Assembly: GCA_951406725.2 (NCBI GenBank)
Contig: OX597827.1
Span: forward strand, 65,906,001-65,970,000
Length of the DNA stretch: 64,000 bases
Direction of reading: 5' to 3'
From: Octopus vulgaris
Taxonomy: Eukaryota
Below are positions 1-13,351 of this stretch, piece after piece. The position numbers and the translations under genes were made by a program. How positions within the stretch are numbered: position 1 is the first letter of the stretch; each line of letters starts with the position of its first letter. Below the pieces are notes generated by a model. It saw only the letters and a list, made by a program, of their open reading frames with translations, was not told the DNA's origin and made no database searches.

Positions 1-145
1 TACATTTTGATAATTAACCACAGACTCGGCTCTGTTGTATTTTGCTTCCAAAAGATATGGTTTCGCCTTCAGTCTCGCTGCGTGGAACGTGGGACAAGTA
101 ATACTTACTATAGCCCGGATACATATATATATATATATTATATAT

Positions 146-189
<44 letters not shown>

Positions 190-339
190 TTGTGTGTACG
201 TGTGTATGTGTGTTGTGAGACCATTGCATGTTTGCGCTCCCGAAATGTTGTGGTTTGGTATAAAAGAGATTGTGTGTTTGAGCGTGTATGTGTGTGTATA
301 GGAATTGATTTTTACTGCAAAAGGAACATATACATATCT

Positions 340-1147
340 CATTTGTCCTCGCACACAATCCAAAGAACCACAATATTCTATAACCAGCCGAACGCCTTCT
401 ACCAATTCTACACAAGTCCCTATGTCTCCGACAAACAATCAAGGAACAACAAAGAGTCAACAGCCGAATGCAACCACCAAGACTTAAGAAACTTCTGACC
501 AAAGCAAGATTCACATCAGAGGAAGAAATTATGCAAGTTACCAAAAGTGAAACCGCCCAATGAGGGTCATGTGATTTAATAGAACTGGGAGCAGTCAAAA
601 AATTCAAGAATGGAAAAGAATTAAAGGTGAATGCAAATATGAACTGCAAAAGCAAAAACCTGATATATTGTATCACATGCACACGATGCAACGAACAAAA
701 GCGAAATTAACCAACCGTGTACATGTGCATAGACATCAAATAACACATCCATACTTAGATGCCTACCATGTAGCGATCATTTGCACACATTTGCACACAT
801 TTGCACAAGGAAAATTTACAATTTTCTTTCTTCATAACATAAATGAAGGCAAAAGAAGAATATTTCATGAGATTTCTGAGTCAGAAGCTAAATCGGAAAC
901 AGTCACCGACAATTTTACTGAAAACCACTTTCACTATATATAATAAGACGTGTTTAAAAACGTTAAGGATTGCAAGCTATTGCACATTTATAAAAGCAAT
1001 ACCTAAGCACATTTTATGAAACCCCTTTCCAAAGGTTAGAGTCTTTCAATTTTGTAAAATGGTTCTTTTGTCAATCTTAACTCTCTGAGAAAAAATTTTC
1101 TCTCCAAATATTATAGCTTTATCAAGGAATTTCCAAAACACTCTAAA
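340..1147 (+). mobile_element. Penelope-like element remnant: linker + GIY-YIG endonuclease (frameshifted, stops) and 3' non-coding end
   Basis: Manual translation across frames gives ...QPPRLKKLLTKARFTS...KFKNGKELKVNANMNCKSKNLIYCITCTRCNEQ / KAKLTNRVHVHRHQITHP / CSDHLHTFAQGKFTIF...MKAKEEYFMRFLSQKLN. This matches the PLE GIY-YIG pattern (NxIYxIxCxxC...R..xH..I), with the YIG segment deleted. It ends at a (TA)n/(TG)n tract. Confidence 0.75.
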
Positions 1148-1148
1148 G

Positions 1149-1210
<62 letters not shown>

Positions 1211-1219
1211 GTGTATACA

Positions 1220-1252
<33 letters not shown>

Positions 1253-1554
1253 ATATATATATATATATATGTGTGTATATATACAGTATATATCATAGAG
1301 GTTGAATCGAAAGGTGGTTACAGAGCTATAATCATAAGAGAATTGCGTAGTCATTTTTTTTTCATTTTTTCAAACGACAAGAAGCTACTTAATTTGTGTT
1401 TAGCATCTTAGTTATGTTAATCTGAGCTATATTTCCACTGCGGCATTATTACATTACCATCAATAACTTTTCTACACAAGAGACTGCGAGCCTATTTTCA
1501 GATAGAAACTTAGTTGATCAAAGTGAAATTCCAGATTGTTCTCACGAACATATG

Positions 1555-1584
1555 TGTACACGCACATACATACATACATATATA

Positions 1585-1643
<59 letters not shown>

Positions 1644-1751
1644 GCATATATTTATATATATATGCATATATATATATATATATATATACGTATATATATA
1701 TATATGTGTGTATATACAGATATATACGTATGTAAATGTGTTTATATATAC

Positions 1752-1789
<38 letters not shown>

Positions 1790-1893
1790 ATATATATATA
1801 TATATGTATATGTATATATAAACACATTTACATACGTATATATCTGTATATACAGATATATACGTATGTAAATGTGTTTATATATACATATAC

Positions 1894-1947
<54 letters not shown>

Positions 1948-2049
1948 GTATATATAAACACATTTACATACGTATATAACTGTATATACACACATTTACA
2001 TATGCATATATATATATATATATATATATATACATTTACATATGCATAC

Positions 2050-2099
<50 letters not shown>

Positions 2100-2130
2100 A
2101 AATGTATATACGACCCCCACATATATATAT
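1555..2130. repeat. Complex (TA)n-derived repeat with alternating inverted units
   Basis: The unit tatacagatatatacgtatgtaaatgtgtttatatatacatatac and its reverse complement alternate four times; palindrome centre at 1849/1850. Confidence 0.9.
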
Positions 2131-2132
2131 AA

Positions 2133-2945
2133 GTGTAATGTTCTGTGAGTGTTAGTTCAGCGAAAATATACATCATCCGGTGAGAGATAAATATTATTTA
2201 ATACACACAGTATATGTTTTTGTGTGATACTATTACTTTCATGTCATAAAAGCATGCGACACAATAATTTTATACGTCTGGCATCTCAGATACTGCCCAC
2301 ATGGCATCACAAACTAAAGATGAGACGAGAGAATAAGAGAAAAAAGCGAGAAAAGGCAGGAGAAATGTAGATACAAAAGACGGAAGGTTTAAAAACCGGA
2401 AAACGTAAGAGAAAACAGTGCCAAAAAGATAGTAGATTTAGAGTTATTGCCCCTTTGACCGTAAAATATAAGGTTGAAAAGATAGTGGCTTAGAGTCTGT
2501 GATACAACTCTTCAATCTAGAGAGGGCGATATTTTCGAATTCGTTAACAGGAACTTAGCCATATGCTTACAATCAGTGAAATTTTCGGATCTAGAATGTT
2601 TTAGATTTCTCAGATTTCTAAAAGATTCGAGGTGTTTCAGCTACGTATAGCTTAAATTATTTTGATCCGTTAACATAGGGTGTGGAGTTTTCGTCCATTT
2701 TCCGTTTTGTCGTATGTGATATGGCACTCAACTTCAAACTCCATACCTGGCTGCCAAACTTTGTAATGTTAGTTTGTCCCTGTATCTCAAGGAAAACATC
2801 TGCTTAGTATAGCGATTTTTGAATTCACCTCTTTATCGATTGTGTTATCATCTAGCGTTGCTGTAACTTCTGCCTCTTGTATTACACATTCAATCATACA
2901 TACCCGGTCGAGTGGACAGGAGCTTGGGACAACACACTTTCAACT
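2133..2945 (-). mobile_element. Second Penelope-like element remnant (Cys-rich GIY-YIG C-terminus + 3' non-coding end)
   Basis: The minus strand reads CVVPSSCPLDRVCMIECVIQEAEVTAT...FTDCKHMAKFLLTNSKISPSLD* (stop near 2515). This matches the PLE motifs CPLxGxCxxxxVIYxAxV and CRHxxKFLL. The 3' end abuts (TA)n. Confidence 0.65.
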
Positions 2946-3053
2946 GAGAGTGGGTTCTTTTTGTTGTTCTCGTGAATGTGTTTATTTATAAACATACACT
3001 ATATATAAATATGCAAAAATATATATATGGATGTATTATATATATATGTCTAC

Positions 3054-3140
<87 letters not shown>

Positions 3141-3747
3141 CACACAGATATATACACACACGGATACACACATATAGATATGTGTGTGAGTGTGTGTTTA
3201 CGTGTGTTTTTCCATTATATGTAGATACTGAATATGTGGTGTGGTGCCAATTAGCAAAAGAGAACGCGATAATATCGCATATAATGACATCATGAAATCG
3301 CTCGAAATTGATTAATGGATATATTTTGCAGCAACCATAAGAGTTATAAAACGTAACACTAAAATTATCTTAAAGAAATGGAGAGTGTACAATATAATGT
3401 TTCTGCGTATGTATACATGTATGTGTGCGTGGGCTTGTGTGTGTGTGCATGTGTGTATGTGTCTTTATATATGTGCGTGTGTGTGTACATTCGCACTCAT
3501 ATAATCTCTTACATGCATATGTAAACGTATATGTCTGAAGTATTTTACCCCCTCTGTCTCCGTCTGTATATATATATACAATATTATGTATATGAAAACA
3601 TATAAGTAAATATATATCATGTATATATATATATATATATATAAATATATACAATATTATGTATATGAAAGCATATATGTAAATATATATCATGTATATA
3701 TATATGTGTGAGTGTATATATATAGATACATATTAATTTATATATAT

Positions 3748-3794
<47 letters not shown>

Positions 3795-4597
3795 TATGTA
3801 TGTATGTATTTATATACATGTATACATGTATATGTATATGTATATGTACACATGCTTAACTGTGTAAGCATATTCTTCGATATATGTGTTTAATATGTGT
3901 GTGTGTATAATTGTAAATTTGTGTCTGTATATGTGTATAAACAATCATAATTGCTTTGTCTGAAAAGTATTATTTCGACAGTTTCTCGCCAGACAATGGT
4001 ATTGCTGAAGATTCAATTAACTTCATCAATGATTCCATCCATCCAAGTTCTTATTGTAACTGTAGAAATTTCATTCTTCGCTTTCATTTTTAGTTTTTGT
4101 CTTTTATTCCAAGACACGAATCTGACGTAGAAAGCGAATTTAATTTACATACAAATAATGTGTATGTATTGATTTCCTAATTAGGAATGAAAACAGACTG
4201 AAGGCATTTGCTTTTCATTCATCTTTTATAGTTATATATTATTTCTATTTCTTTATTGCTGAAGGACACAACGAGATATATTGAAATTGACTAACTTACG
4301 ATCCTGGGTATAGAATACCACAGCTTCATTTATTTCGTTCGTTTTTCTCATTGAATATACACGAATATTGTTTCGTCAAGGAAAATAAATGGAAGTTTTT
4401 AAAGCATATAAAAGTATTCTCACTCTGGAAGATATAATTACAAAACAGCTGACTGGATGAATTAATGTCAGACTAGGTCAGGGATTTCATTTTCTTTTTC
4501 TACCATTTTCATGGGTCACAGAAAGTACAATGCACTATTATATTAGTTTAATATTTTCCTCGTTCGAACAAGGAGGTTATTGCTATTTTCCGTTTTA

Positions 4598-4647
<50 letters not shown>

Positions 4648-4688
4648 GTGTGTGTGTATACATACATACATATATATATATGTGTATG

Positions 4689-4723
<35 letters not shown>

Positions 4724-5158
4724 CGCCATTGCATATTTTTCTCACTGTAGGTTATTACCATCGACTAATAACAATATCTGGTGTATTACTGGCTGTCACT
4801 TTCTGCTTCGTCTAATTAATGCGTCACCGCAACTGAATATTGAGGCAATATGAAAAAAAGACGTACTTATATATTACTCTAGCACATTGGCTGCGACTTT
4901 GATGCTGTGAATGACAATTTCCTTACAACTGCCATGATTTATATCGATCACTATGTCAATGTCCCAAAGTCATAATATCGAACTGAGGTTTGAAGTGTCT
5001 TAGTCTTGGAGAAATATCTAAAATTATCAAATCACAGAGAAAGACACGAATGACTAGACAATTTCGAAACTCACTATTAATCTGTTGTTCGTAGTTCTAT
5101 TATTTCTTCCATGTGTACTCTTAATTGCATGTGTTGTCTATAAGCATAGCCAGCGCAG

Positions 5159-5262
5159 ATGTATGGTTACATGTGCCAGACGGATGCCCCATACACACGT
5201 ATATATATATATATATGCATATGTATTTTGTGTATGTGTATATATATATACATGTATTACTG

Positions 5263-5303
<41 letters not shown>

Positions 5304-5646
5304 GCAAATTATTTAGGATAACACTTTACGAAACAGAATCTATTTAATGATGGGGAGAGAAAACGCATCTCGTCAAATGAAATTCTGAAGTTGCTCAGAA
5401 CGTGGAGTTTGAACAGAAGGGATGACTTGATAAAAATTCAGACATAAGCTAATTTTTAATCAAAGCTCTCTCTCGTCTAATATACCTCTAGATCTATGAC
5501 CTCTAGTCTATGACAATTCAACCCCATTTCCAAGGAACTCCTTGGGACGTGATCATGATATACAGAGTATGTATGGTTACATGTGCCTGACGGATGCCCC
5601 ATACACACGTATATATATGCATATATATTTTGCGTATATATATATA
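5159..5646 (+). repeat. Local direct duplication (5159-5245 and 5569-5646)
   Basis: atgtatggttacatgtgcc[a/t]gacggatgccccatacacacgtatatatat, followed by a similar microsatellite, occurs twice 410 bp apart. Confidence 0.85.
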
Positions 5647-6239
5647 CACTTCGTATTTGTATTTGGTTTGCTTATATGTACGTATATAGGAGAAATTGTA
5701 AAACAAATTGAGTTCTACATTTTCTATTCAAATACTGAATGACCTAAATGCGAGCGTATAAGCGGCAACCAAATAATCCCTTTGTGATTATTCGGCTGGT
5801 TAAAAATAGAAGTTAACACGATTCTGTCAGTAGTGTAAGTTCTAGAATAATTCTTCATGGGGAAACAACCAAATCAATTAAGAATTATGAAATATTTTCG
5901 ATTGTACTACGTGTATTCATGTTGTGCATGGTGAGTACATATTTGTTTTTCCGTGAAACGTCCGTCTTTGTTTGAGTAAAAAGAAATGCATTGAAACCCT
6001 GCCATTTTAAACAAGGCAGAAACGATCTGTGGATGTATTTGAATATACTTGTAAAATATGTATTTTCGATGGTAGGGTTCTTTTTGATAAAAGTGTTCTT
6101 TAGTCCAATTGTTAGATAGCAATTGCTGAAATGCAACGTACTTTAAAGTATTTCGAAATATTGTGAGTTTTGTTTCTAAATCGTCTGTTTTGGATGTGAA
6201 TTCTAGTTAAATACTGCGCCTTCACTAGCTTAGTAGATA

Positions 6240-6450
6240 ACAACTTTTGGAAGTATATTTCGTTAATTTTATCTAATCATTAACAAAGTGAGGATGAGAA
6301 TAACCTAGTGTATTGGAACATACGAGGATCTGCTGAAAATTGTAGAAACAAGGAAACTAAAAAGTTATGGTCATGTCATAAGAAGATCTTACCTGGCAAA
6401 ATCAATCTTGAAAGGAACAGAGAGAGGTGAACGAATGAAGGCAGGTCAAG
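6240..6450 (+). mobile_element. RTE-clade LINE ORF C-terminal remnant
   Basis: Translates to KVRMRIT*CIGTYEDLLKIVETRKLKSYGHVIRRSYLAKSILKGTERGERMKAGQG, matching the RTE C-terminal motif RKLxWxGHVxR...KxILxGxxxGxRxRGR. Confidence 0.7.
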
Positions 6451-6664
6451 GACCTATCAGGACGTTCTCGAGCGCTTTTGATAGCATGTAACCAGGTACA
6501 GGCTCTTATATGGTTCAGCTCATAGGCAACAAAGCTGGAAACCCTACCGATCTTCCTTGGTGATCAGGGTAATTTATCGGACATCCTACAGGACGAAAAG
6601 CAAAACCAGTCAAAAGCAGAGTAACTCAGGTGAGTCAACAAACAACCCAGAGTGATTAAAGAAA

Positions 6665-6830
6665 AGTGGCTTAATGGTTAGGGGGTGACACTCATGATCT
6701 CGAGATCAATGTTTCAATTACTAGAAAGGTTGCGCCTTATGTTTTTGAGCTAAACACTTCATTTCTCCTTGCTTTCGTCCACTCAGCTCGGTAACCCTTC
6801 GACAGGTTTGTGTGCAATAGGTGAGAGGGC
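6665..6830 (+). mobile_element. Decayed tRNA-derived SINE (family C, CORE-like body)
   Basis: gtggcttaatggttaggg head and tttgagctaaacacttcattt...gtccactcagct body resemble the copy at 54014. Confidence 0.55.
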
Positions 6831-7577
6831 GATTCGGAAAAGTCATCAGTGCGCACCAGGTCTCAAGAGCCACGTTTTGTATTCAACGTTGAAAGGACGA
6901 GTCGTACACTCATTACCCTTCTTCCTGATTGGTTATGATTGGTTGTAAAAGGATGAATGAATGAATATAATATACCTGTGCCCCCGTATACTGTATATAA
7001 GATATAGAGCTTACAATAAAAGGCAGCAAAGACGATGTGGACCAATGGCTTGTAAAATCATGTCGGTTAATTTATAAATATTTCTTTCGTTTCTGTTGCT
7101 TGCACAAACTTTCATCTACACCACGTAATTTCAGCTTTTGAACATGAATCGATTACATGATTAAATTAAACAGTTTAATTCTACTACTTTTTATATTGGT
7201 AAATAGAGAGAAAGAATAAATATTTACGTCGGTAAATAGAGAGAGAGAGAGAGAAATTTCTTTTTTGCCTCTTATCTTATTATTGTTATCTTATTATTGA
7301 TATTTTATATAAACGAAGCTATATTTCTTGCTTTTCTTTACAAATTGAGAAGATACGTTGGGTTGCAGTTATTTTAAAGTGTTATATTTATTTATCACCC
7401 AAAGAGACATATCTGTACAGCGGAATACTCCTGAAGTTGCTTTTAAGTATCCCCCGCTTAAGGGATCGATGCTAGATGGGTGAAAACAATTGTATTGATT
7501 CAGAAAGGTTCTCGTATTTTCCATCGCTCATCTCTCATTAACTATATATGTGTGTGAGAGCGTGTGTATATAAATAT

Positions 7578-7667
<90 letters not shown>

Positions 7668-7696
7668 GTGTGTGTGTGTGTATGTGTGTCTATCTA

Positions 7697-8522
7697 CGAG
7701 ATCTGATCAATAAGTACCAGGACTGTAGGCTTAGCTGAAGCATGTTGAGTAGAGCTGCTTGGAACAGATTGACCTTGGACTCTGCTGCGCATGTGCACTA
7801 GCTCACTTCTGCAGTTTACAGCAGTGCTTGGAAGGGACGTATGTAGCGTATGATCGCCGCGGTGACCATTACAGAGAAAGATGGTATAGCAATACCTGCT
7901 CAAAGATCCACGTAAAGTTGCAGAAAGTGTATGGAGAGGAGTGTATGAGTCGCACACAATTGTACGAGTGGTTTAGACGTTTCTAAGATGGCCGAAATAT
8001 GTTGATAGTGTCGAATGTTCTAGGAGACTCGTAACAGGTAGGACTGAGAAAAACATTGTAGACATGCGTGAGTTATTTGTGGATGTGCAAATTAGTTACG
8101 CTTCAGTTCAGTCCATTATCATTGAAGGTTTGCGTATGAGACGCGTGTCTGCCAAGTTTGGGCAGTAAAAGCTTTCAGCTGATCAAAAAACTCTCGGGTT
8201 TCACTTAAAATAGATCTCCTTGATTGTCTTGAGAACGATGAAAATACTTAGAAAATTTTGTGTAGGCATCTGAGCAGGTATCACCAAGCTTTTGGCTAAA
8301 TATTGATGCATATTCTTTCTCAGTCATGGTAAATGTGACGATTACAGGCTACACAAATTCATTCCAAGCACTGCTGTAAGCAGCGGAAGTGGGCAAGAAC
8401 GTTAAAAGTTAGTGCGCATTGCATGTCAAAGTTCAGGATCAATCTGTGGCAAACGGCCTCACTCTGTATGCTTTACCTTCGTTACCATAGTGACAGTCCG
8501 GATACTTATTGATCACACCACG
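7697..8522 (+). mobile_element. Internally deleted mariner-type DNA transposon
   Basis: Imperfect TIRs (cgagatctgatcaataagtaccaggactg / cagtccggatacttattgatcacaccacg) flanked by TA at 7695-7696 and 8523-8524. The internal peptide IHVKLQKVYGEECMSRTQLYEWFRRF*DGR matches the mariner N-terminal HTH region. Confidence 0.85.
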
Positions 8523-8570
8523 TATCTCTATGTATATACATATGTATATATATGTAAATATAAATGTATG

Positions 8571-8616
<46 letters not shown>

Positions 8617-8618
<2 letters not shown>

Positions 8619-9022
8619 CGCAGGAGTGGCTGTGTGGTAAGTAGCTTGCTAACCAACCACATGGTTCCGGGTTCAGTCCCACTGCGTGGCATCTTGGGCA
8701 AGTGTCATCTACTATAGCCCCGGGCCACTTGTGAGTGGATTTGGTAGACGGAAACTGAAAGAAGCCTGTCGTATATATGTATATATATATGTGTATATGT
8801 GTCTGTGTTTGTCCCCCTAGCATTGCTTGACAACTGATGCTGGTGTGTTTACGTCCCCGTCACTTAGCGATTCGGCAAAAGAGACCGATGGAATAAGTAC
8901 TGGGCTTACTAAGAATAAGTTCCGGGGTCGATTAGCTCGACTAAAGGCGGTGCTCCAGCATGGCCGCACTCAAATGACTGAAACAATGAAACAAGTAAAA
9001 GAGTAAAAAAAGAGTAAAAAGT
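8617..9022 (+). mobile_element. SINE family A, full length (tRNA-derived head, CORE-like segment, CR1-like tail)
   Basis: A box (tggctgtgtggtaag), B box (ggttcagtccc), cttgggcaagtg segment, internal TA/TG microsatellite, and tail ctaaaggcggtgctccagcatggcc...(gtaaaaga)n. Inserted in (TA)n; at least 6 copies in the window. Confidence 0.9.
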
Positions 9023-9038
9023 ATACATATATATATAT

Positions 9039-9083
<45 letters not shown>

Positions 9084-9139
9084 CATACATATACATACAT
9101 ACATGCACGCATACATACATACATACATACATACATACA

Positions 9140-9172
<33 letters not shown>

Positions 9173-9476
9173 GCAATCGAGAGTGTGGTAATTAAACTGA
9201 GAAGTAGGTGAGGTTTTATGAAGAGAAACATTTTTACGCTTTCGTGCTTCTTGCAACAGAATTTACTGCATTAAAGATAGTCATACCTAACCGGATAACA
9301 ACTAGAGGAAGTATTCACTCATTCACTCAGTGACCTAGCTAGCAGTAATTTACGAAATTTCCTTTGCAGTGCCCTCAAGAATCTGAGGATATAAAATTCC
9401 TCAAGCTACTAAGTACATTGTTGCGAATGTAATCCTTTAATCATGCTCCATGTTTGCGAACTATGGGATTGTCTGT

Positions 9477-11057
9477 CCATCATGGAATTACTTGCATAAA
9501 AGAGAGAGAAGACATTATAGATAATGGAAAATATAGTCACGGAATCCAGACACTGTTACGTTAGAGACATCTTTGATCGTAAGTCTTCTCCGAGTTCACC
9601 TGAGACAAAACAATCCCAATAATGTCAAAGCCCTTATGGAATAGAAATAATTCAAGATGACCAGTTTCCACAACGTCGATACAGTCTGTGTCGAATCTAT
9701 ATGGCTCTGTGGCTCTGGTACGAAGAGTAGTTGCTTCTGATAGCATCGTATGGAGGAGGTATCTGATAACTTGACAGAACTTTCTCAGAATTCATGTTCA
9801 TCGAAACTGAATGATGGACATTCAGTTGCAGATATTGATTGGAATTCCTCAACATTTGGAACACAGTAACAAATATACATTGATTTATGTGTTAGACTTG
9901 TGCCTTTCAATTTTCAGATACGTTTTGTCATCTTTTGAAATTTTTGTGTAGCTGTAGTACACATACACTCACATTCTTTCAGTTATTTTCCAGAGACAAA
10001 AGAGTCAAATCTGATTGTCTAGGCTGTGTCTGAATTAATATGAAATGCTAACCAAATCAGCAAAGGTCATTGCGGGTCTCTTGTCAGTTCCTTACTTCTT
10101 CAAGACGAAAGAAATGTTTTTAATGAATAACAGTGAATATATTTAAAATCAATTAATATTTACTTTCAAATCATCTTCCAGTGAATTTAAAAAAATTATG
10201 TTAGATGACAAGAGTTATTTAACTAAATTTTGTGAAAATATTTAGATTCATCTCATTAATATTAAATTTCACAAAAGTAAACCTCATTTAAGTTTCTTAG
10301 AAATTATTTCAACGTTGTAACTTTTCAATCTCTTATAGGGAAACAAAACTTCGCAACCACTTATATTCAATGTCTGTCACATTTCTTAAGGTGAAATTGT
10401 GTGACGAGAAAATTATTTGGATTCTATCAATGGATTTAAATATACACCTAGTTGCACCTCGCCTGTGTTTATGTTGACCGATGGTATGAAAATAGTTGTT
10501 ACATTCGTTAATATTTTAGCTTAGTTATTTTGCTTTGTTCCTATCCAAATGTGTCATGTTTGAGCCGACGTAAGATTAAAGAAAATTCAGTCATAATCAG
10601 CAGATTGTTCTGAATATAATCCTGGCTGGACAAAATTACGCAACGTTTGATACACTTCTGAAGGTGCTAAATTAGGACTTGAAAGAGATATACCTATTAT
10701 TTCCGACAACTTATGTGTCACATGGGCTCCACCGTTGGCATTCACAGAGTCTTCTTCGTTCAAGCATTATTTATAAATTAGTCAGGGATGGAAAGTCAAT
10801 GACCCAACTGAACATCGAGACTTCGACTGCTCTATTGATATAATTTTAGTGTCCGTTTCAAAACCATTGAAGTGATATATTTTCTTCATCTTCTCAACAC
10901 CATCCTGGAATCACTTCTATGATAAGAAGCGAGAAAACATTTTGGATAATGGAAAATATAGTCGCAGTTAATTAATCACTCTACAGAATGCAGACACTGT
11001 TAAGTTAGAGAAATCTTTGATCGTAAGTCTTCTCCGAGTTCACCTGAGACAAAACAA
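9477..11057. repeat. Diverged local duplication (9477-9613 and 10900-11057) with a 45-bp identical core
   Basis: atctttgatcgtaagtcttctccgagttcacctgagacaaaacaa is identical in both copies; the upstream parts align with substitutions and an indel. Confidence 0.85.
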
Positions 11058-11462
11058 ATCCAACAACAACCAATAGTCGCTTCAGCAAAAGGCTCAAGAG
11101 AAATTTTCCTTCTATTTTAGCGATAGAATGACGATAGAATTCTCATAATTGCCTATGGGAGTTGTCTACTTATGCAACGCAATGTGTTAATAACCGAAAT
11201 AAACAGAATTACACATCGCTGGTTTCAGAGGAAAGATAAAACGCAATACCGTTTTATTGCTTGACTTACTATTTACTTGAAGAACTATTTTCAGTTTTGG
11301 TTAATTAAAAATTGATACAAGAATTATTTAATTTTGTCGCAGCTTATAATGTAACTTCGCCGTTAGCATAGTCACGACAGATTATAAGTTATTTCACAAA
11401 GTTGTATTAAGTAAGAAAGCTTATAACTGTAGAGGTATGTAATAGATTAGATAGATTCTTTT

Positions 11463-11692
11463 GTCGGCGAGCCGGCAGAAACGTTAGCACGCCGGGCTAA
11501 ATGCTTTGCGGTATTTCGTCTGCCGCTACGTTCTCAGTTCAAATTCCGCCGAGGTCGACTTTGCCTTTCATCCTTTCCGGGTCGATTAAATAAGTACCAG
11601 TTACGCACTGGGGTCGATGTAATCGACTTAATTCGTTTGTCTGTCCTTGTTTGTCCCCTCTGTGTTTAGCCCCTTGTGGGTAGTAAAGAAAT
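11463..11692 (+). mobile_element. SINE family B monomer (tail type 1)
   Basis: Head ggcgagc[t/c]ggcagaaacgttagc...agttcaaattcc (A/B boxes), central gcctttcatcctttc.gggtcgat.aa.taagtaccag, tail ...ccccttgtgggtagtaaagaaata. Confidence 0.9.
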
Positions 11693-12324
11693 AGATACTT
11701 TCTTTAGTCCAACATCAGTTCTGAACAAAAGAATTTACAATCATACGTGTTTTCGGTTTTTTCTTATTCCAATTGGAAGAACTACGACTAGGTTAGCTCA
11801 CGTGAGGAACTAGGCTGCATCGAGCAAAATTTGGGAACGCAATGTATGTGATGGGATTTAGCACAGACGCGTACTTCGATTTCTTTTCTTCAAAGGTTTC
11901 GTTTAGCTTATACTTCATTGCTCTTGTTTGTATATGCCATCTCTTATAAGAATGATAAATGAGTATAAGTTCTCTCACGATGTATATTTCCTCTTTTTAC
12001 ACAAGCATTGTGTAACTGGGACTACTTTGAGCTATGTATATCATCGTTTACATTTAAGACAGTGTGGCTAAATTTTATGAGCTTTTGACGTTGTTTATCA
12101 GCAATATCAGGTGTGTAGGTATTTTCGCGTCATAAAGGTGCGATAAATTTCTTGGCTAGCGGCATATTGAGAGAATGAGGGAAAAAAAGAACGCCATAAA
12201 CATTTTGTTACCCAAACGGGGTTGGTGGCAAAAGAAAAAAAGGTGTAAAATATATTTATGTAAATACATACATACATAAATACATTAAATACATACAACA
12301 TACATACTTATATCTATCTATCTA

Positions 12325-12389
<65 letters not shown>

Positions 12390-13299
12390 CAATCTATATA
12401 TATACATATAGACATATATATATATATATATAGGAATACATTATGCATAGTTTCGACTTATTAAGTTCAACTGAAACGATATTCAATATGGATTTGATCA
12501 CGTGATGCTGCAACTAAATGCTTTTGCCAGAAAGTTAATGATGAGCATTGATCTGAATAGAGTTTGTAAATAAATTGTGAACGTTAACGAAATGACAAAT
12601 CTTCCATCAAATGGATTTTATTTTCTACAAGATTTTATATAGATTATTTACATTTATTATATTTTTCCTTCTCTTCTTCCTTCGTTGTTTTCTTATTGAC
12701 TAGAAACAAGGTGGCTGTTTTCCAGAGGCTGAAATGTATATAATTCCGCCTGTCAGGGACACGTTATCAATATTAATATATTTTGGAAGCATTTCGCATT
12801 CTACACACCGACACACACACACAGAGATACACACCCATACTCACAGAACAAACAAGAGCTCGACAAACAACCGTAGTCATATTTCAAAAATGCCCGACCT
12901 TCGTTCTGTAATTATATTTGCGTGATTAGACTCCGTTCATTAGTATAATTGTGATAAACACTAGTCATATAAAAGCTGGTTGGCATAGTAACTTCATGAA
13001 AACACGATTCCACATGCAATCACCAACTTCGACCGAGCTACAACTATTATCATACAGACGCGCACACAAGCGCACAGACACACATACGCATTTATACGCT
13101 TACGTTAGCGGTCAACATTCACAATCATTTTATTCAACAAAACCATTGAAAATTATCAATGCTCTTATAGTTCTCTTTGATTATTTATTCATTTCATGTT
13201 CTCCTTTAATATTGGTCACCTACATATTTTTCTGTATTCATAATTAAGTTTCATGTTGTGCGTCAATACATTGGCTTTTGCCGATTAAGACAGGCTTTA

Positions 13300-13334
<35 letters not shown>

Positions 13335-13351
13335 GTCATCATTGTTATTAT

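Noticed and set aside
6321-6345. tacgaggatctgctgaaaa as a mariner TIR like 29161
   Set aside because: It lies in frame within the RTE remnant (YEDLLK) and has no partner TIR.
8617-8690. tRNA-like heads of SINE A, B and C as tRNA genes
   Set aside because: They have A/B boxes but continue into SINE bodies and tails in many diverged copies, without a complete cloverleaf.
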